From Sedimentisphaerales bacterium (lineage in GTDB: Bacteria; Planctomycetota; Phycisphaerae; Sedimentisphaerales; Anaerobacaceae), in contig OY970194.1 in assembly GCA_963708075.1 (NCBI GenBank), positions 6,272,001 to 6,336,000 of the forward strand: DNA of 64,000 nucleotides, written 5' to 3'. A program made the position numbers and the translations under genes. Shown here piece by piece: positions 31,327 through 44,124 of this stretch (position 1 is its first letter; every line of letters starts with the position of its first letter). Under the pieces are notes generated by a model that ran no database searches, had not been told where the DNA came from, and saw only the letters and a program-made list of their open reading frames with translations.

Positions 31327-31614
31327 TTCAACTACACGCCGCGACAGATGTGGGTGCCATGTCTACGCTTGCGCAGACATGTTCGATTCGATGGGCAAGG
31401 CATGCTTACGCGAGCGTAAGCATGGCACCCGGCGTGACGGGCAAACTTACTCCCTGGGCAACAGATGCAGATATGTCATCCTGAACGAAGCGAAGCGCGG
31501 TGAAGGATCTGGGCCGCGCACGGAAGGAATCTCTTGTCCGGCCGGATTCCTCGCCTTCGGCCTGAGGCGATAGAGAGTGCACGGGAGTTGATCCACATCC
31601 GGGTTGCTGCTGTT

Positions 31615-32892
31615 TCAGCGGATTTCGAGGCCTACGAGTGTCAAGTCGTCTACCTCGGCGGGGCTGATTTGGCGGTTCTTCGCCAGTTCGGTGAGTCTTT
31701 CGATAATCCCTGTGATCGAGGCATCTTTGATGGCCAACAGTTCATCGGTGAATCGGAAGTCCCCGCTTGTCGTGGTTTGCCCGATCAAGGATTCGGCGCC
31801 GTCGGAGTAGAGCAGGAGGCGGTCGCCGGCGTTGAGCTGGACCGTCTGCTGGATGAAGTCGGCGTTGTCGAAGATGCCCAGCAGGGCCCCGCGGGTCTGG
31901 AGTTGCTGCGGGTTCTGGCCGGGGCGAAAGAGGATGGGGTAGGGATGGCCTGCCCGGGCAAACGTCAGTTGGCGCGTCCGGATGTTGAGCAGGCCGTAGC
32001 AGCAGGTGGCGAACTGATAGCCGGAGAGCTTCTGGCCGACCATCTTGCAGTTCAGGTTCTTCATGACCTCGGCGGGGGCAAAGATTCGGTACGTGTTGCC
32101 GATGGTTTCACGCATGGCCAGCGACTGCTTGAGGAAGATCGTCAGCAGGGCGGCAGGCATGGAGTGTCCCACGGCGTCGGCCAGGTAGAACCCGATATGC
32201 TGCTCGTCAATCCTGGCGACGTCGTAAATGTCACCCGAGACCCATTCGGCCGGCATGAATGTGACCGCCCATTGGGCCTCGTTGCAGTTCGGCAGATGGG
32301 AAGGCAGAAAGTCCCGCTGGACAAGACCGGCCAGACGCAACTGCTCCGTCAGGTTGTCCATGAGGGCCCCCGTGGCATCGGGTTGCCCCGCCATCTTAGT
32401 GCTCAGGAGCCGTTCCGAGGAATTGACCAGGGCGGAGGGCTTCACGGCGATTCCGGCGTTGGGCCTCTTGCGGTAGACGAGATTGATGCAAATCTGCGCC
32501 CAGAGGTCGTCGAGCGGGATGGAATCGGGGGACTCGCCCTGCGAGGGACTGTGATCGGAAGATGCCAGAGAAATACTCTTGCTGGGCTGTCTGACGGGCT
32601 GGGTGAGCAGGATCGTGCCGATATTATCGCGCTCGAGGGATTCCATGATCCGGCCAAGTTCCGGATTCTCGGACATGTTCATGCCTTCCGCGTCAATGAC
32701 GACGGTCCCGATCAGGTCGGGTCGGATGTGGATGGTCTGATACCCTGCGAGCGGAAGCAGGCGGTAGGTCAACTTCTTCTGCCGGAACAGCCGGCGGATT
32801 TCCACGGGCAAGTCCATCTTATCGGACAGAAATACCACGTCGGTGAAGTCGCCCGACACGCCGATGCCCTTTTGTTCCCGCGTTTTATCCAT
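31615..32892 (-). CDS. SpoIIE/RsbU-type PP2C phosphatase with N-terminal regulatory region
   Basis: SGDIYD, ADAVGH, AGHPYP, LYSDG, DDLT. Confidence 0.9.
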   Translation of the reverse strand: MDKTREQKGIGVSGDFTDVVFLSDKMDLPVEIRRLFRQKKLTYRLLPLAGYQTIHIRPDLIGTVVIDAEGMNMSENPELGRIMESLERDNIGTILLTQPVRQPSKSISLASSDHSPSQGESPDSIPLDDLWAQICINLVYRKRPNAGIAVKPSALVNSSERLLSTKMAGQPDATGALMDNLTEQLRLAGLVQRDFLPSHLPNCNEAQWAVTFMPAEWVSGDIYDVARIDEQHIGFYLADAVGHSMPAALLTIFLKQSLAMRETIGNTYRIFAPAEVMKNLNCKMVGQKLSGYQFATCCYGLLNIRTRQLTFARAGHPYPILFRPGQNPQQLQTRGALLGIFDNADFIQQTVQLNAGDRLLLYSDGAESLIGQTTTSGDFRFTDELLAIKDASITGIIERLTELAKNRQISPAEVDDLTLVGLEIR

Positions 32893-33070
32893 AGAAACCG
32901 CTCTGCGTCGTGCCGTAGGGTGCAATGCGCGCCCACAAGCTATGCCGACAAACCTAATGTCGTCGCGCAGAGGGTGTCACTTTGGGGGATTCTTCCGTTT
33001 TCTGCGATGCCGGAGGCGGCGGGTGGTTGGGTGGCACGGGAAAACTTGTTTGCCCGTGGGCTTTGGATGA

Positions 33071-33793
33071 TCAGGCGAAGATGGCTGATCCGATGCGCAG
33101 GATAGTCGCCCCTTCCTCGATGGCGATCTCATAATCGGAACTCATGCCCATACTCAGCTCGGTGAACTGCTGGCCGACGATCTTCTCTCCCCGCATCTCG
33201 TAGAAGAGCTCCCGGGCCCGGGTGAAGCACGCCCGGATGATGTCCTTGTTTCGGGTTAATGGGGCCATCGTCATCAGTCCGATAAGCTGGACGTTCGGCA
33301 GGGTCTCGATCTGCTCGGCCAGGTGGATGGCCGCCCCTACAGGGACCCCGTACTTCTGGGGCTCGTTGGAGGTGTTGACCTGGAGCAGGATTTTAGGACG
33401 CAGGTTCATCTTCGCGGCCGAGTTGCTGATCTCCTCGGCCAGGCGAAGCGTGTCCACCGAGTGGATCAGGGAGACCATCGGCAGGACCTGGCGAACCTTG
33501 TTGCGCTGCAGGTGCCCGATCATGTGCCAATGGATCTCGGGAGGCTGGCCGGTTCCGGATTCCTGCTGCAGGAATTCGCTCACCTGCGCCGCGACCTTTT
33601 TCAGTTGCTGGACGCGATTTTCGCCGAAATGGGTGTAACCGAGGTGAAGCACTTCCTTGATGGCCTCGAAGTCGGCCGATTTCGTCACCACGACGAGCCG
33701 GATATCACTGGGTTCTCTGCCGGAGCGCGCACAGGCCGCTGCGATCGTCTGCTCCACACGCGCCACCCGGTCCGTAAGTTTCAACATCTGCAT
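33071..33793 (-). CDS. yggS: YggS/PLPBP pyridoxal phosphate homeostasis protein
   Basis: VVTK, FGENRVQ, WHMIGHLQRNK, GLMTM, LSMGMSSDY, RIGS. Confidence 0.95.
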   Translation of the reverse strand: MQMLKLTDRVARVEQTIAAACARSGREPSDIRLVVVTKSADFEAIKEVLHLGYTHFGENRVQQLKKVAAQVSEFLQQESGTGQPPEIHWHMIGHLQRNKVRQVLPMVSLIHSVDTLRLAEEISNSAAKMNLRPKILLQVNTSNEPQKYGVPVGAAIHLAEQIETLPNVQLIGLMTMAPLTRNKDIIRACFTRARELFYEMRGEKIVGQQFTELSMGMSSDYEIAIEEGATILRIGSAIFA

Positions 33794-34071
33794 CAGTTGC
33801 GAGCCACAGATCAAAGTATTCCATTACTTTGTACCAACATACCCACCAAGTGCGTAAGTCTATGCCAGTTTCACGCAAGTTACAAGAGCGCAGGTGCAAA
33901 AATGCCGTCGTCGTTTTCCATCAGGGCGGATATGCAGGAAGAAGCCCGTCGCGGGCCCGTTGCCATCACGGACGGCATGCACCTGGAATGGCATAACCAC
34001 CTGTCGCGACACAACTTACGTGACAGTGGACAGTGACACTGCGAAAAATCCAAAAAAACCAAGCTTTTGTC

Positions 34072-34101
34072 TTGCATTCTGGGGGACCGCCGGGGTATAA
34101 T
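34072..34101 (+). promoter_or_regulatory. Putative sigma70 promoter facing a non-coding interval
   Basis: TTGCAT-18 nt-TATAAT. Confidence 0.55.
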
Positions 34102-34107
34102 AATCGA

Positions 34108-34295
34108 GGAATGGGGTGGGAGGTTCACCCTGGTGCATGTTCAGTCTGTTTGGTGTGCTTGACATACGAATCGGAAGGGTTGTACGGTCTCTTTGAATTC
34201 ATACAAATAGCGTCTGTCTTTCTTTAGGTTAAACCTCGGCGAGGCAGCGTGGTCCACCGGTCTCCCCCCCAGCCGGTCCCACCACCTCGCCATTT
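34108..34295 (+). ncRNA. Candidate 6S-like RNA
   Basis: About 190 nt between the promoter and a convergent gene; complementary ends (ggggtggga/tcccaccacc); ccctggtg, ttgaa, ggtta and ggcagc segments resemble 6S. Confidence 0.45.
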
Positions 34296-35492
34296 TTATT
34301 TTCGCGGCTCGACGGAGCGTTTCGCCCTCAGGGACAACCCGAATCCGATGAACAGAAGCACCGACAGCAGCCCAAGGCTAGCCCCGTAGAGGAATGTCAC
34401 CCGGGGCGAGAATCGCTCCCAGAGAAATCCTGCCAGCAGACCGCCGGGCAGGGCGGCCAGACCCGTGGCCGTGTGGAATGTCCCCAGGGCGGTCGCCTTC
34501 ATACCCTCGCGGGCCAAGTCGGCCACAAGGGCTCGCTGGGTCCCATCGATCGCCGCCTTGTACCCTCCGTACAAGGCAAAGAGGATCACGAACGCCACCG
34601 GGGAACTGAAGAAGGCAAAGCCGGCCGCCGTGAGGACAAACAGAAGATATCCGAACACGATCACCTTTTCCCGGCCGATCTTGTCCGAGAGGATGCCCAG
34701 CGGTGCCGCCAGAATCGCATAGACGACATTGAACATCGCGTATAGCAGGATGGGGGCCGCCTGCGAAAACCTGCCCGGGAAAAGCGTATTGGCCTTGAGG
34801 ACGAAGAACATGTAACTGAAGTTCCCAAGCGCGAAGACGCTGGCGACCAGAATGAACAATATCAGCGGAGCGGACAGGCCGGTGATTCCCAGCTTCAGCG
34901 TGATCTTCTGCGGCTTGCCCCGGGGCTCGGAGACAAAGCGGATGGGGACCAGCGCGGCAAACCCGATGATGCCCGCGATCAGAACGATACGCCGGAAGCT
35001 CAGTTGCAGGAACCAGAACAGAACGAAGGCGACAAGTGTGCCCAGGACGGCGCCGGCCGTCTCCAGCGATCTGTGAATGCCGAACCCCTTGCCCCGCTCG
35101 GTCGTCATGGACTCGGCGATGATCGCGTCCCGCGGCGCGGTGCGCAGGCCCTTGCCCACGCGTTCAAGTCCCGAGTATAGCACGGCGCTGGGCCACGCCC
35201 TCGACGTCGCCAACAGGAGCTTGAATATACTGGATACAAAGTACCCGCCATAAACAAAAAGCTTCCGCTCCCCGGTCTTGTCGGACCAGTAGCCGCAGAA
35301 GATCTTGAGGATGTTGGAAACGGCGTCCCGCAGGCCGCCGACCAGTCCGATGGTTTCGCCGCCGCCGCCCAGCGATTGCAGGAACATCGGGAGGATTGGC
35401 ATGATCATCTCGCTGCTCAGATCGTTCAGGAAGCTGACGATGCTAAGCAGAATGACATTCGGTGATATCCTTTTGCGAGGCGTGTCTTCCAT
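34296..35492 (-). CDS. MFS transporter
   Basis: About 12 TM; GYWSDKTGERK and GILSDKIGR motif A; ERVGKGLRTAPRDA. Confidence 0.92.
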   Translation of the reverse strand: MEDTPRKRISPNVILLSIVSFLNDLSSEMIMPILPMFLQSLGGGGETIGLVGGLRDAVSNILKIFCGYWSDKTGERKLFVYGGYFVSSIFKLLLATSRAWPSAVLYSGLERVGKGLRTAPRDAIIAESMTTERGKGFGIHRSLETAGAVLGTLVAFVLFWFLQLSFRRIVLIAGIIGFAALVPIRFVSEPRGKPQKITLKLGITGLSAPLILFILVASVFALGNFSYMFFVLKANTLFPGRFSQAAPILLYAMFNVVYAILAAPLGILSDKIGREKVIVFGYLLFVLTAAGFAFFSSPVAFVILFALYGGYKAAIDGTQRALVADLAREGMKATALGTFHTATGLAALPGGLLAGFLWERFSPRVTFLYGASLGLLSVLLFIGFGLSLRAKRSVEPRK

Positions 35493-35528
35493 GCTGATCT
35501 TACCCGAGGCGGCGAACCGCTGTGATGA

Positions 35529-35939
35529 CTACTCTCCCTGCACCTGAACGATCACCCGCCGGCTTCGCGGGCCGTCGAACTCGCAAAAATAGACGGCCTG
35601 CCAGGTGCCCAGGGTGAGACGACCATCGTGAATGAGGACCTGCTCGCTGCAGCCGACGAGCGAGCTCTTGCAGTGCGCGTCGGAATTGCCCTCGGAATGC
35701 TGGAAACCACGGTTGGATCTCGGCACGATCTCGTCGAGAGCCAGAAGGACGTCGTGGACCACGTCGGGGTCGGCGTTCTCATTGATCGTAATGGCGGCGG
35801 TGGTGTGGGGACAGAACACGATGACACTGCCGTTGGTGACGCCCGACTGGCGGACCATCGCATCCACCTGGCCGGTGATATCGACCATCTCCGTCCGGCC
35901 CCGCGTGCTCACGTGGAATTCCGTCTGGACAATCTTCAT
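35529..35939 (-). CDS. yjbQ: YjbQ/UPF0047 family protein
   Basis: HTTAAITINENADPDV, HSEGNSDAH, LGTWQ, EFDGPR. Confidence 0.93.
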   Translation of the reverse strand: MKIVQTEFHVSTRGRTEMVDITGQVDAMVRQSGVTNGSVIVFCPHTTAAITINENADPDVVHDVLLALDEIVPRSNRGFQHSEGNSDAHCKSSLVGCSEQVLIHDGRLTLGTWQAVYFCEFDGPRSRRVIVQVQGE

Positions 35940-35961
35940 GACAGCTTCCTTTGTCGGCCTG

Positions 35962-37572
35962 CTATCGCCTGCACACATTCGTGATGAAGCGGCTCAACTC
36001 GCTGAGTCCCGAACCCATATCGGCCCGGTTGAACTTGACCGCAGAGTGCATGCTCATCTCGCTGGGCAAGTCGTCATAGGAGACATCCGATACGAAGTTG
36101 ATGAAGGGAGATGTGGGGGGCTTGCGTCCCTCGGCGATGGCGTTCAGGAAGGTCACCCACTCGAACATCACGCCTTCACGCCTCAGGTGCGCGGGTTGTG
36201 TGGCAATGACGATCATGCCGCGCGACTCATGGATGGCCTTGCGGATCTCATCCGCAAATGTGGTGAGCATCGGCGTCCTCTTGTCGAAGAACACATGGAA
36301 CCGGTTCTCTTCGTTGGTGAGGTGCTCGTACGCGGTGCGGGCACAGTCCTCATCGGGAGAGGCATAGCACAGAAAGAAGTCAAAGGGGCCTTTTCTCTCC
36401 TTGGCTCTGCACGCCTGCTCTTCTTTATGCTTGATGAACCTGGAGATGATGGCATGAGTGACAGGACACAGACAGTAGGCCTTGCCGTCTGTTTCCGCTC
36501 TTTGCCAGGCACTCACGTCGCCATCCGACAGCACCTGTGTTCTGAGAAGGCGACGAATATACACATCTCGAACCAGGTCCTGCAAGTGACCCTGTGAATT
36601 GTCATAACGCTTGGCATCGTAGAAGAACTTCGTCGGGAAAGCTGTGGTGCGCGTGCTCGCCGGCTCACCCGATTCATCGCTCTCGGCGTTGGCCCGTTTG
36701 ACAATGGCGTCCAGATCTTCCACAGGGAACAGTCCAATCGGGGCTCCCACCGGGATGTTATCGGAAATCTCGCCGTCGAATATAATCGCCTTATCGCTCA
36801 CGGAAACGTTCGCGACCCTGTCGATCTCGATTCCGAAATCGGTAGCGTTAATATTCACGAAGCAATCTGTAACCAGGCGGGGTTCGTTCTCCTCATAGGA
36901 GACCCAGAGCGAATCCGGGCCATCCAGCCAGTCAGGTTTGGTGCGCAATTCCTCACATGCGCCGAGGCCCAGATCCGGGTATTGTCCCTGAAACAAGCGA
37001 CGGGCCACTTTGAACCCGGGCCAATCCACGAGCTCACTCTTGTCCCACTCGAACACGTAGCGCTTCTTGTCCTCTGGGCTCACAATCAAGAGTTCTTCAC
37101 CTAGTTCTCGCCTCACCACATCCATCGGGTCCAGCAACTCGTGGACGCTGTCGGCGGCACCATTGGCGATGTTCCACCCGATAGGGTACACCTCGCGATA
37201 GAACAGGCAGTAGTACTGCTGTTTGCCAATGGTGAGAACTGGAAGCGTCCCTCCACTGATATATCGGAACGGAAAGAGTGGGTCATTGAAGGGGTCGAAC
37301 GGCGTGATGCTACTTGCCCCCCTCAAGAGGATATGATCCAACTTCCGTTGGTAGCTGCGTGCGCGCGTATGGAAATCCGGAATACGTGCGAGGATTTCGT
37401 CCTTGGCATCACGGCTCCAGATGCTGCGCGTGTTGCGGTCGAAGCGCACTTGGAGCTTGACCCCGCCGCCTTGCCGGGTGAGGTTGAATTGGGTCACGAG
37501 GACCTGCAGGAAGTAGTTTTGGGCACGCCACAAGGGCTGAACCCAGTCCGAATCCGACACGAACTCTGTCAT
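35962..37572 (-). CDS. Nudix-like N-terminal region fused to a C-terminal TIR domain
   Basis: G..E..RRELGEE Nudix-box-like segment; FDFFLCYASPD...VFFD...EIRKAIHESRGMIVIAT...VMFEW TIR pattern; GGAGG RBS. Confidence 0.72.
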   Translation of the reverse strand: MTEFVSDSDWVQPLWRAQNYFLQVLVTQFNLTRQGGGVKLQVRFDRNTRSIWSRDAKDEILARIPDFHTRARSYQRKLDHILLRGASSITPFDPFNDPLFPFRYISGGTLPVLTIGKQQYYCLFYREVYPIGWNIANGAADSVHELLDPMDVVRRELGEELLIVSPEDKKRYVFEWDKSELVDWPGFKVARRLFQGQYPDLGLGACEELRTKPDWLDGPDSLWVSYEENEPRLVTDCFVNINATDFGIEIDRVANVSVSDKAIIFDGEISDNIPVGAPIGLFPVEDLDAIVKRANAESDESGEPASTRTTAFPTKFFYDAKRYDNSQGHLQDLVRDVYIRRLLRTQVLSDGDVSAWQRAETDGKAYCLCPVTHAIISRFIKHKEEQACRAKERKGPFDFFLCYASPDEDCARTAYEHLTNEENRFHVFFDKRTPMLTTFADEIRKAIHESRGMIVIATQPAHLRREGVMFEWVTFLNAIAEGRKPPTSPFINFVSDVSYDDLPSEMSMHSAVKFNRADMGSGLSELSRFITNVCRR

Positions 37573-37663
37573 AGCAGCCTCCACAGGCCAGTGCTTTCCA
37601 AGCGGTGATTCTGTGAAGATACTACTGCCCCGGACGCGGAATTGTCAACAGGAGATCCGCTCT

Positions 37664-39454
37664 TTACATCTGGTCGACAACCTCGATCCCCAGTAGCCGG
37701 CTCAGACCGTGCTTGATCGTGTCGGCCGTCAGGTCGCACAGGAGCAATCGCGTCGGCCTCTTGTCGGGCGGTGCATCGAGGACCGGGCAATTCGTGTAGA
37801 ACGCGCTGAACTTCGTGGCTAGCTCGTACAGGTACGACGTGAGGAAGTTCGGCCGGTAGTCGGCGGACGCAGATTCCACCGCCTCGGCGTAACGCACGAG
37901 GTGCTTGGCAAGGTCCAACTCCGACGGGTCATCCAGCTTGAGGCTCTGTATGCCTGTCAACTCCTCCTGCACGGGAACGCCTCGGGTCTGGGCCTTGCGC
38001 TCGATGGACTTGATGCGGGCGTACGCGTACTGCATATAAGGCGCCGTATTGCCATCCATCGCCAGCATCTTGTCGAAGCTGAACACGTAATCGCTGGTCC
38101 GGCTATTGGAGTAATCGGCATATTTGACCGCCCCGATCCCCACAGCTTTCGCGATCTCCACTTTCTGCTCCGGCGGCAGGTCAGGGTTCTTCTCCTCCAC
38201 GACGCCTCTCGCCCGCTCCACGGCCTCATCGAGCAGGTCCTTGAGTTTGACGTTCTCGCCGGAGCGCGTCTTCAGGGGCTTGCCGTCCTCGCCGAGAACG
38301 CTGCCGAACGGGACATGCACAAGCTCGATTCTCTTGCCGTCGCGGTGGTCCCAGCCCACCATCTCCGCCACCTTGAAGAGCATCTGGAAATGCTGAATCT
38401 GCCGAGCGTCCGTGACATAGACAATCCTGTCCGCTTTCAGCTCATTGACGCGATACCGCAGCGCCGCCAAGTCCGTGGTCGCATAGAGATAAGCCCCATC
38501 GGACTTCTGAATGATGAACGGCAGCGGCTCGCCCTCCTTCGTCTTGAACCCCGGCGGAAACACGCACGTCGCCCCGTCCGATTTCACCGCCAGGCCGGCC
38601 TTCTGCAGGTCGTCGACGACCGCGGGCAGCTTGTCGTTGTAGAAGCTCTCCCCGCGGACGTCTTCGGGGTGAAGCGTCACATGTAACTGATCATAAATCT
38701 CCTGGGAGTGATCAAGCGAATACTCCCGTATTGTTTGCCAGTGCCTCGTCCACATCCAATCGCCCGACTGTAGGCCAACGACTGCCGCCCGGGCCCTTCT
38801 TGCGAATGCTTCATCTGTATCATACAGTGCCTTTGCCTCTCGGTAGAAGGCCTCGATATCAGCCAGTGGAGCTCCGCTTCTCATGGTCTCCCCCGAGCGG
38901 CTGGTCTCGGTAAGCTTGTTGTGATAGAGTACGATCAGCATTCCGAACTGGGTGCCCCAGTCGCCGATGTGGTTTTGGCGGATGACCTTGTGGCCGAGGA
39001 ATTCGAGCAGCCGGCAGATGGCGTCTCCGATGATCGTGCTGCGTAGGTGGCCGACATGCATTTGCTTGGCTATGTTCGGACTGGAGAAATCCACAACGAT
39101 GGTCTGAGGCTCGGGGGCAGGAGCGAAGCCGAGCCGGTCCTGCGTGTCACTGTGGATGCGCAGGAGTTGTTCGGCGATGTACTGCGGTTTCAGTCGCAGG
39201 TTGATGAATCCGGGTCCGGCTACCTCCGGTGGCTCACAAATGTCGCTGAGGTCAAGCTGCCCGACCACGGATTCCGCCAGCTTGCGGGGGTTGGTCTTGA
39301 GCTGCTTGGCCAGGGCCATTACGCCGTTGGCCTGGTAATCCCCGAACTTCGGATCGGTCGTCGGCCTCACAATCGCGGCACAATCCGACTGCCCGGTTGC
39401 TCTCGCCATCACGGCGGATATTCGTTCCTCAAGCACATCTGTGGTAGATTTCAT
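37664..39454 (-). CDS. argS: Arginine-tRNA ligase
   Basis: FGDYQAN, DFSSPNIAKQMHVGHLRSTIIG, GDWGTQFG, KTRSG, GNTAPYMQYAYARI. Confidence 0.97.
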   Translation of the reverse strand: MKSTTDVLEERISAVMARATGQSDCAAIVRPTTDPKFGDYQANGVMALAKQLKTNPRKLAESVVGQLDLSDICEPPEVAGPGFINLRLKPQYIAEQLLRIHSDTQDRLGFAPAPEPQTIVVDFSSPNIAKQMHVGHLRSTIIGDAICRLLEFLGHKVIRQNHIGDWGTQFGMLIVLYHNKLTETSRSGETMRSGAPLADIEAFYREAKALYDTDEAFARRARAAVVGLQSGDWMWTRHWQTIREYSLDHSQEIYDQLHVTLHPEDVRGESFYNDKLPAVVDDLQKAGLAVKSDGATCVFPPGFKTKEGEPLPFIIQKSDGAYLYATTDLAALRYRVNELKADRIVYVTDARQIQHFQMLFKVAEMVGWDHRDGKRIELVHVPFGSVLGEDGKPLKTRSGENVKLKDLLDEAVERARGVVEEKNPDLPPEQKVEIAKAVGIGAVKYADYSNSRTSDYVFSFDKMLAMDGNTAPYMQYAYARIKSIERKAQTRGVPVQEELTGIQSLKLDDPSELDLAKHLVRYAEAVESASADYRPNFLTSYLYELATKFSAFYTNCPVLDAPPDKRPTRLLLCDLTADTIKHGLSRLLGIEVVDQM

Positions 39455-39570
39455 GCCGTCAATCACTCAGGCTCAGGCGAGGTCAGCTCTACGCGTGGGT
39501 TGAGAACCCACCCTACAGGATCGTTGAGTATGTCGATCGCGGACTTCACGAAATAATCAATGATCCATCA

Positions 39571-39939
39571 TCAATAATCAATCTTCTCAGCGTCTCCCCA
39601 GAGGAGTTCGAGGTCGTAGAACTCGCGGTATTCGGGGTCGAAGAGGTGCACGACGACGTCGACAAAATCGAGCAGGATCCATCGGCCCTGTTCGTAGCCC
39701 GCCCGGCCGAACCGGTACATATCCTGTTCCCGGCCCAACTGAGAGACCTCGTCGGCGACCGTACGCCTCTGCCGGTCGCTGGTTCCCGTGGCAATCACGA
39801 AGTAATCCGTGGCCGAGGACAGGCCTCGCAGGTCGAGCACGACGATATCGGTGCAACGGCGCTCTTGGGCGATTCTCGCCGCCGCCTGCGCGAACTCTTT
39901 CGCCTTCTTATTCGGTTTTCTTCTCGCCAATCCGTACAT
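39571..39939 (-). CDS. rsfS: Ribosome silencing factor
   Basis: DIVVLDL, DYFVIATG, WILLDFVDVVVH, REFYDLELLWGDA. Confidence 0.94.
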   Translation of the reverse strand: MYGLARRKPNKKAKEFAQAAARIAQERRCTDIVVLDLRGLSSATDYFVIATGTSDRQRRTVADEVSQLGREQDMYRFGRAGYEQGRWILLDFVDVVVHLFDPEYREFYDLELLWGDAEKIDY

Positions 39940-40051
39940 CCTTACAATGGAAGAGAGATGCACGGCCATCGATAGGCCGCTCCCTTAGAGTATTCATTAA
40001 CTCGGGCCGCGTCAATCACCAGGCCAATGCTTTTACCGTACCGCGCGGGAT

Positions 40052-40085
40052 AAAACAAAAAGGGGGCACGAAGAAGCGTGCCCCC
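40052..40085 (-). terminator. Intrinsic terminator of hppA
   Basis: gggggcacg/cgtgccccc stem with a T-run on the minus strand. Confidence 0.8.
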
Positions 40086-40109
40086 GGAACTTGTGCTTTG
40101 CCGATTCGA

Positions 40110-42680
<2,571 letters not shown>

Positions 42681-42813
42681 AAATACCTCATGAAAAGACT
42701 CTGACTGACCTGTCCAACCACGAACACGAACGAAGCGTCATACTGTAAACAAAACCCCACACTTTTCAAGTGTTTTCGCGTTTTTTTCCGCGAACGGCTT
42801 GGCGACCGGGTTT

Positions 42814-44015
42814 TTACGTATGATAATCCGCGTTTATCCGGACGTACTCCGCACTGAGGTCGCAGCCATAATAAAAGTCACTGCATCGCCCAACGCCCAG
42901 GTCCACGGTGATCGTGTGCTCCCGTTGCGAGACGATCCGGGCGGCTTTCGCCTGGTCGAATTTCGTCGGGGCCCCGTTCCGAAAGACGTACAGCTCATTG
43001 AGCTTGCAGGAAAGCCTCTCGGGGTTCAGATTCACGCCGGATGAGCCTGCGGCGCAGATAATTCGGCCCCAATTCGGGTCTCCCCGTGCACGGCGCACTT
43101 GAACAGGGGGTAATCCGCAATGGCCCGCGCGGCCCGGGTCGCATCGGCCTTCGTGGCCGCCCCTTTGATGACGACCTTGAACATCTTCGTCGCCCCTTCG
43201 GCGTCCAGGGCCATCTGCCGGACCAGATCGGTGCACAGGTCCGTCAGGGCCTCGGCGAATTTCCCGTACGCCCCGGATGGTCCCGTGATTCGCGGGTTGC
43301 CCGCCAGGCCGGAGGCGAGAAGGATACCGGTGTCGTTCGTGCTCTGGTGGCCGTCCACCGTGAGCTTATTGAGCGACTCGCCGACCGCTCCTTTCAAAGC
43401 CCTGCCGAGCAGCGGTTTGCTGATCGCCGCATCGGTCGTGACGAACAACAACGTGGTTGCCATATTGGGCCCGATCATGCCGGCGCCCTTGACCGTACCG
43501 GCGATTCGCACCTTGGTTCGCGATAGTGTCACTTCCCGATGGGCTTGCTTGCATTTCGTGTCCGTGGTCATGATCGCCTGGGCGAAAGCAAAGCCGGCCT
43601 CTTGCGAGTAAGAAAGACGCGCGGCGGCCTTTGCAATTCCGTTGGTTATGTTCTCCATGGGCAACTGGTGCCCGATGACGCCGGTGGAGGCGACGAGCAC
43701 CTCGTCCGGCTCGACCCCCAGATGCGTGGCCGTCAAAGCACACATTCTCCTCGCGTTAGCCAGGCCGATCTTGCCCGTGCAGGCGTTGGCACAGCCGGAG
43801 TTGACCACCACGGCATGCGTCGTTCGGTTTCCTGTATGCTCTCTACTGACCATTACCGCCGCCGAGACGATCTTGTTCGTCGTGAACACCGCCGCCGCCG
43901 TAGCCCCCGTCGGACATACGAGCAGCCCCAAGTCCGGCTTCCCCGATATCTTGATCCCGCACGCCAACCCCGCCGCCAGAAACCCCTTCGGCCCTGTTAC
44001 CGTACCATTTGCCAT
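42814..44015 (-). CDS. argJ: Bifunctional ornithine acetyltransferase (frameshift near 43083)
   Basis: NSGCANACTG, KGAGMIGPNMAT, STNDT, DAEGATK, GDPNWGRI, CDLSAEYVRINADYHT. Confidence 0.94.
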
Positions 44016-44124
44016 ACCAACTCCGAGAAAGTACCGATCACTAGAACGTGAGAAAGGCCATCAATATAGACAAAGGCGTCAGGTCATGAAAGGAAAAAGC
44101 ATGACGTATCACTACGTGGATCTG

